Origin: Nitrospirota bacterium
GTDB taxonomy: Bacteria > Nitrospirota > UBA9217
Direction: 5' to 3'
DNA: 64,000 nucleotides
Assembly (NCBI GenBank): GCA_963818475.1
Contig: CAWFSF010000002.1
Coordinates: 544,001-608,000 of the forward strand
Shown: positions 60,067-64,000 of the stretch, in pieces
How the letters are laid out: each line of letters begins with the position of its first letter
Position numbering within the stretch: the stretch's first letter is position 1
Made by a program: the position numbers and the translations under genes
The notes under the pieces: model-generated
What the model saw: only the letters and a program-made list of their open reading frames with translations
Told to the model about the DNA's origin: nothing
Databases searched by the model: none

Positions 60067-60972
60067 ATGAGGGTCCTGCTCGCAACGGACGGATCTGAAT
60101 ATTCCGGGAACGCGGCGAAGTTCCTGTCCCGCATCAACTGGTCCCCGCAGGACTCCATCACCGTGTTTCACGCCATCTATGCGATCCCGTTCCCGGAAGA
60201 CGGGACATTCCACGCTGATACGCTCAGGGCCGTTAAGATGGAGATCGCACCCAGGATCCTCGATGCGGCAGTGGCCGATCTCAAGCCTGTTCAGGCGGGG
60301 ATCAGCGTCGAGATCAGTGAATTTTGTCCGGCAGAGTGCACACCTGACCAGTGCATCGTGAACGCGGCCCGATCTTCGAAGGCGGACCTCATTGCCATGG
60401 GTGCGCGGGGGACCAAAGGAGCGTCGTCCTTTCTCGGGAGCGTGGCGCGGCTGGTCGCGGCGCATTCCCCGCTGCCGGTCCTGGTGGTCAAGCGTGAAGA
60501 GATACGCCCACCCGGGCCTTTCAAGGTGCTGTTCGCTGTCGACGGCTCGGCCTATGCCCGGGCAGCAGGCGACTTCCTGTTGTCCCTTCCCGTTCCCGAT
60601 AACGCGGAAGTAACTGCCCTCCATGTTGTTGCATCAAGTTTCTCCGATCTGCCGGAGCGGTTTGCCCTGGAGATCAATGACCGGATCAAAGAGGCCGTGG
60701 CAAGTTCCCGGACTCGCGAACTGGCCGCATCGGAAAAAATTCTTGAAGAGGCGAGAAGGTCGCTGGAAAAAAAATTCCGCTCCCTCTCCATTCTTTCACG
60801 GGTCGGAGATCCCTCCACGGAGATCGTGAAGGCTGCAGCGTCCGGAGAAGCGGACATGATCGTGGTGGGCTGCCGGGGACTGCGGGGAATGAAAGGCATG
60901 ATGGGAAGCGTGTCGAAGAACGTCCTCACCCATGCACGGTGCTCCGTGCTGATCGGAAAGACGTGTGGTTGA
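60067..60972 (+). CDS. Tandem-domain universal stress protein
   Basis: VLLATDGS, DLIAMGARG, LGSV, VDGS, GDP..EI, MGSVS. Confidence 0.92.
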   Translation: MRVLLATDGSEYSGNAAKFLSRINWSPQDSITVFHAIYAIPFPEDGTFHADTLRAVKMEIAPRILDAAVADLKPVQAGISVEISEFCPAECTPDQCIVNAARSSKADLIAMGARGTKGASSFLGSVARLVAAHSPLPVLVVKREEIRPPGPFKVLFAVDGSAYARAAGDFLLSLPVPDNAEVTALHVVASSFSDLPERFALEINDRIKEAVASSRTRELAASEKILEEARRSLEKKFRSLSILSRVGDPSTEIVKAAASGEADMIVVGCRGLRGMKGMMGSVSKNVLTHARCSVLIGKTCG

Positions 60973-61019
60973 CAGAAGCAGAGAAAAGCGTGTGCCGGAC
61001 TTCACCGTCGGAGATTATC

Positions 61020-61805
61020 ATGCCCTCAACATCTTCACGCTTCTGGCTTTATCATGCCGTCTACCCCTTTCTGCTTTTTATCCTGCTCGCGATCCTGTTC
61101 GAGAAATCCGATCTTGACCTGTTCTTCTCGGATTATTTCTTTGATTTTCACTATCGGGCATGGAAGTTCAAAGACTCCTGGTGGGCAGAGGGCCTCGTCC
61201 ATGTGCTGGGGAGAAAGCTCGTTCTGTGCTTTAGCTTGTGGCTCCTGGCAGTCTGGGTTCTTTCCTTCATCAGCGAAGCGTTGAGGCCCTGGCGGCGCGC
61301 TGCCCTGTATCTTGTTTGTGCCATCGGTCTCGCGACCGGCTCTGTTGCGCTCGGCAAGGAAGTCCTGAACAGGCATTGTCCCTGTGACTATGACCGCTAC
61401 GGGGGCGACGTTCCGTATGGGAAGTTGCTCGACCCGCCGCCTGCATCCTGCCAAAAAGGGAGGTGTTTTCCGGCCGGTCATGCTGCGGCAGGGTTTTCCC
61501 TGATGAGCGGTTACTTCATCTATTACCGCCGGCATCAGCGAAAGGCGCTGGGGTTTTTCATATTCGGTTTTCTGGTCGGCTCGCTTTTCGGGTTTACACA
61601 GGTTGCCCGCGGTGTTCACTTTGCCTCCCATAATCTCTGGAGTCTGGCTCTCTGTTGGTTTATCGGGCTCGGGCTTTATGCGGGGCCGTTCAGCCGTGCT
61701 GTTTCTCCGCCCGGAACTGAGGTCCGGAGAGGGGCCGCTGCGGTTGTTGGTAATGCAATTGTGCCTCCGACGAGGCAGGCGGGAAAGCGACAAGGGAAAT
61801 TGTGA
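61020..61805 (+). CDS. PAP2 family membrane phosphatase
   Basis: K....RHCP, CFPAGHA, QVARGVHFASH. Confidence 0.88.
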   Translation: MPSTSSRFWLYHAVYPFLLFILLAILFEKSDLDLFFSDYFFDFHYRAWKFKDSWWAEGLVHVLGRKLVLCFSLWLLAVWVLSFISEALRPWRRAALYLVCAIGLATGSVALGKEVLNRHCPCDYDRYGGDVPYGKLLDPPPASCQKGRCFPAGHAAAGFSLMSGYFIYYRRHQRKALGFFIFGFLVGSLFGFTQVARGVHFASHNLWSLALCWFIGLGLYAGPFSRAVSPPGTEVRRGAAAVVGNAIVPPTRQAGKRQGKL

Positions 61806-61815
61806 AACCTGCGCA

Positions 61816-62772
61816 TCACCGGACGGTCTGCCCCTTCCCCCACTCCTCCAAAGACCCTGCGAGCCCTTGCACGACCTTGGCCATGCGTTCATAATCCAGT
61901 GTCCCGGGCAGATCGGTCGGCCTGTGGTAATGGGGGTTGCGGTAAAAAGCGGTGTCCGTGACCATAAGCGCCTGGTAGCCGAATTTGTTGAAGGACCAGT
62001 GGTCGGAGAAATCGATCCCCACAACGATTGCCGGCGCGTTCAGGGTGACCACGGGAAGGTCGGTCGCTTTTTTAAAACTAGCGGCGATGCGCTCGGTAAA
62101 TCCCTTTGAGCGCAGGTTGCCGACAAGCGCGATAAAATTGCCGGCCTTCGGGAAGCGGCGGTTCATGAACGGGAAGGGATAGTGCTGCGAACCCACCGCG
62201 TCGCTGTAGAAACCGAGCATCTCAAGACAGATCATGCCCTCGACATCTTCGTTCTGCGCTTTTAAGCTCCGGGCGTACTGATAGCTCGCCATGTTGCTGC
62301 TGCGGTAGACCGGCCATTCTTCAAGCGCAAAGGCCGCGAACCTGATCGTTTTCACCGGCTTCTTTTTGGACAGCGCCTGCGCAAGGCAGAGAAGTCCTGC
62401 CACACCGCTCGCGTTGTCATCCGCCCCCGGCGTGGTGACTACTGCGTCGTAGTGCGCGCCGACGATAAGGAGCTTTTCCGGGGAACCGCTCCCGCGAACT
62501 TCGGCAATGATATTCTGATAGGTATTTTCGGCAAAATGAACGGGCTGTCTCGTGACGCGACAGCCGAAGGAGGCAAACTGGCCGGAGATATAGTCCGCTG
62601 CCTGGTCCAGGTGGTCCTGGTCCCGGAACGTGCGGATCCCGATCCCGTCGGCAAGCATGGTCACAACCTCTCGGAGCTGTTCAGCCACATCCGTAGAGCA
62701 AAACCTCCTCTCCCTTTTTTCTAAGGGCCGCAGCCGGTCATCTGTTTCCTGAGTAAGCGTCTTGCTCACCAT
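61816..62772 (-). CDS. M28 family peptidase
   Basis: VGAHYD, PGADDNASG, EE, SDHWSF, YHRPTD. Confidence 0.9.
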   Translation of the reverse strand: MVSKTLTQETDDRLRPLEKRERRFCSTDVAEQLREVVTMLADGIGIRTFRDQDHLDQAADYISGQFASFGCRVTRQPVHFAENTYQNIIAEVRGSGSPEKLLIVGAHYDAVVTTPGADDNASGVAGLLCLAQALSKKKPVKTIRFAAFALEEWPVYRSSNMASYQYARSLKAQNEDVEGMICLEMLGFYSDAVGSQHYPFPFMNRRFPKAGNFIALVGNLRSKGFTERIAASFKKATDLPVVTLNAPAIVVGIDFSDHWSFNKFGYQALMVTDTAFYRNPHYHRPTDLPGTLDYERMAKVVQGLAGSLEEWGKGQTVR

Positions 62773-62843
62773 AATCGGGCGACAAACTGACGCATTGAGA
62801 CCACAACATTCAGATCCAATAAATTAGGAACGCGTCTGAAGCC

Positions 62844-63173
62844 CTAAGCCGCCATGCTCGGGGTCACGCTGATGACGCAGTTCGTGCTTCCCCGGTCGTT
62901 CACGACCACTTCCCTGCACTGCGGGTCGGTGATCCAGGACCCGTCCGCGATGTACTTGTACTCGTACCGCCCGGGGACGAGCATGACGGTGGTTTTCCAC
63001 TCACCATGCTTGCTCTTCTTCATGGGGAGCGCGCTCGCGTCCCAGTTGTTGAAGCTGCCGGCAACATACACTTTCTTCGCCTGGGGGGCATCATACACGA
63101 ACTCGACGGCCACTTTCAATTCCACCGGAGCCTTCTGGATTTTTTCCCTTCGCATCTTATCCAGTTCTGGCAT
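62844..63173 (-). CDS. Glycogen-binding (AMPK-beta / isoamylase early set) domain protein
   Basis: VYVAGSFNNW, PGRYEYKYIADG.W..DP. Confidence 0.88.
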   Translation of the reverse strand: MPELDKMRREKIQKAPVELKVAVEFVYDAPQAKKVYVAGSFNNWDASALPMKKSKHGEWKTTVMLVPGRYEYKYIADGSWITDPQCREVVVNDRGSTNCVISVTPSMAA

Positions 63174-63348
63174 TGTTGTCTCCTTCCCTCGACTAGAATG
63201 ATCGTTATGGATATTCTAGCACCATCCCTGAAACATGCAATACGACTTGGTTCGTACATCCTAAAGCATCATTTTTTACATAACCGACGCATCACATGGC
63301 CTCATTCTGTTGCAACAGCCGTCGCTGTCGCAGGTCAGCACCTCATCG

Positions 63349-63912
63349 TTACGCGAGATATTTTTTCCCATCCCGCCAGCAGTCTCCCACCGCAGCTCCC
63401 ATCGTCCAGTACTTTCTGCTGTTCATGTCGAACAGCAGCGGATTCACCTTGGCCAGGTCGACCTGGCCGTCCGTAAGCACCGACTCGTCCGCGTAGGTTG
63501 CCACAATTTCGCCGATGACGACGTCATGGGACTTGATGTCGTAAATGTCCCGCAGCCTGCATTCCATCGACACCGGACAGTCCTTGATGATCGGCGCGGT
63601 CTTAAGCTCTCCGTAAAAGGTCTCAAAGACCGCTGATTTGTCCGTCACAGCCCCGGTGACCATGCCCACGTGGTCCGCGGCAATGAGCTGGGCAGGGCTC
63701 ATGATATTGACGCTGAAGGTCTTCTGCTCACGGATGCCTTTGTTGGTGTGGTGGTGCTTCCCCATCCCGAGCATGATCAGGTGGGGCGGCGCCGCGTTCA
63801 GAATGCCGACATGGGAGATGTTAATGAAATTTACTTTTCCCTTCACCAGCGCTGCCACAACCGTGACCGGCAGGGGATAGAGTGCGTTCATGTTTCCGAT
63901 CTTTTTTTTCAT
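63349..63912 (-). CDS. Flavin reductase family protein
   Basis: LYPLPV, HHTNKGI, FSVNI, APIIKDCPVSMEC, IGEIV. Confidence 0.9.
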   Translation of the reverse strand: MKKKIGNMNALYPLPVTVVAALVKGKVNFINISHVGILNAAPPHLIMLGMGKHHHTNKGIREQKTFSVNIMSPAQLIAADHVGMVTGAVTDKSAVFETFYGELKTAPIIKDCPVSMECRLRDIYDIKSHDVVIGEIVATYADESVLTDGQVDLAKVNPLLFDMNSRKYWTMGAAVGDCWRDGKKYLA

Positions 63913-64000
63913 GGCTGATCACCTCCAGGGACCGATCGTCCGTAAGGTCTGATAATTACCCCAGTTGCTAAGATGGTCATTCGTAAAGCCTCATAAATTA

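Overview
Bacterial genomic window, GC-rich backbone with AT-richer accessory patches. The gene content suggests an anaerobic Nitrospirota- or Desulfobacterota-like organism (inference only). Most genes are on the minus strand, and many are split by single-base frameshifts that look like uncorrected long-read errors. 1-16.4 kb is a putative secreted giant-protein locus. It comprises (i) a ~1870-aa protein with signal peptide, transglutaminase-like domain, Ig-like stalk, peptidoglycan-binding domain and NlpC/P60 tip, (ii) an overlapping secreted candidate immunity gene, (iii) a stand-alone PilP/GspC-HR-like protein, and (iv) a >3000-aa HExxH / QW-repeat / CARDB / Calx-beta / beta-propeller / RCC1 protein that runs off the window. 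17-35 kb holds a molybdo-hydroxylase cluster (iorAB-like, xdhC, mocA-like), a DsrC-like gene plus HD-GYP, an ECF sigma module, and an Lhr helicase interrupted by palindromic repeats. 35.7-43.7 kb holds two integron-type cassette arrays (attC sites with matching R'/R'' boxes and a shared attI-like head motif) with no integrase in the window. 43.9-49.4 kb holds gene blocks headed by copies of a ~105-bp promoter-like element. 49.5-64 kb is ordinary housekeeping and signalling genes (mpg, ltrA, M48, polX, GGDEF-EAL, USP, PAP2, M28). No rRNA, tRNA or CRISPR array was recognised.
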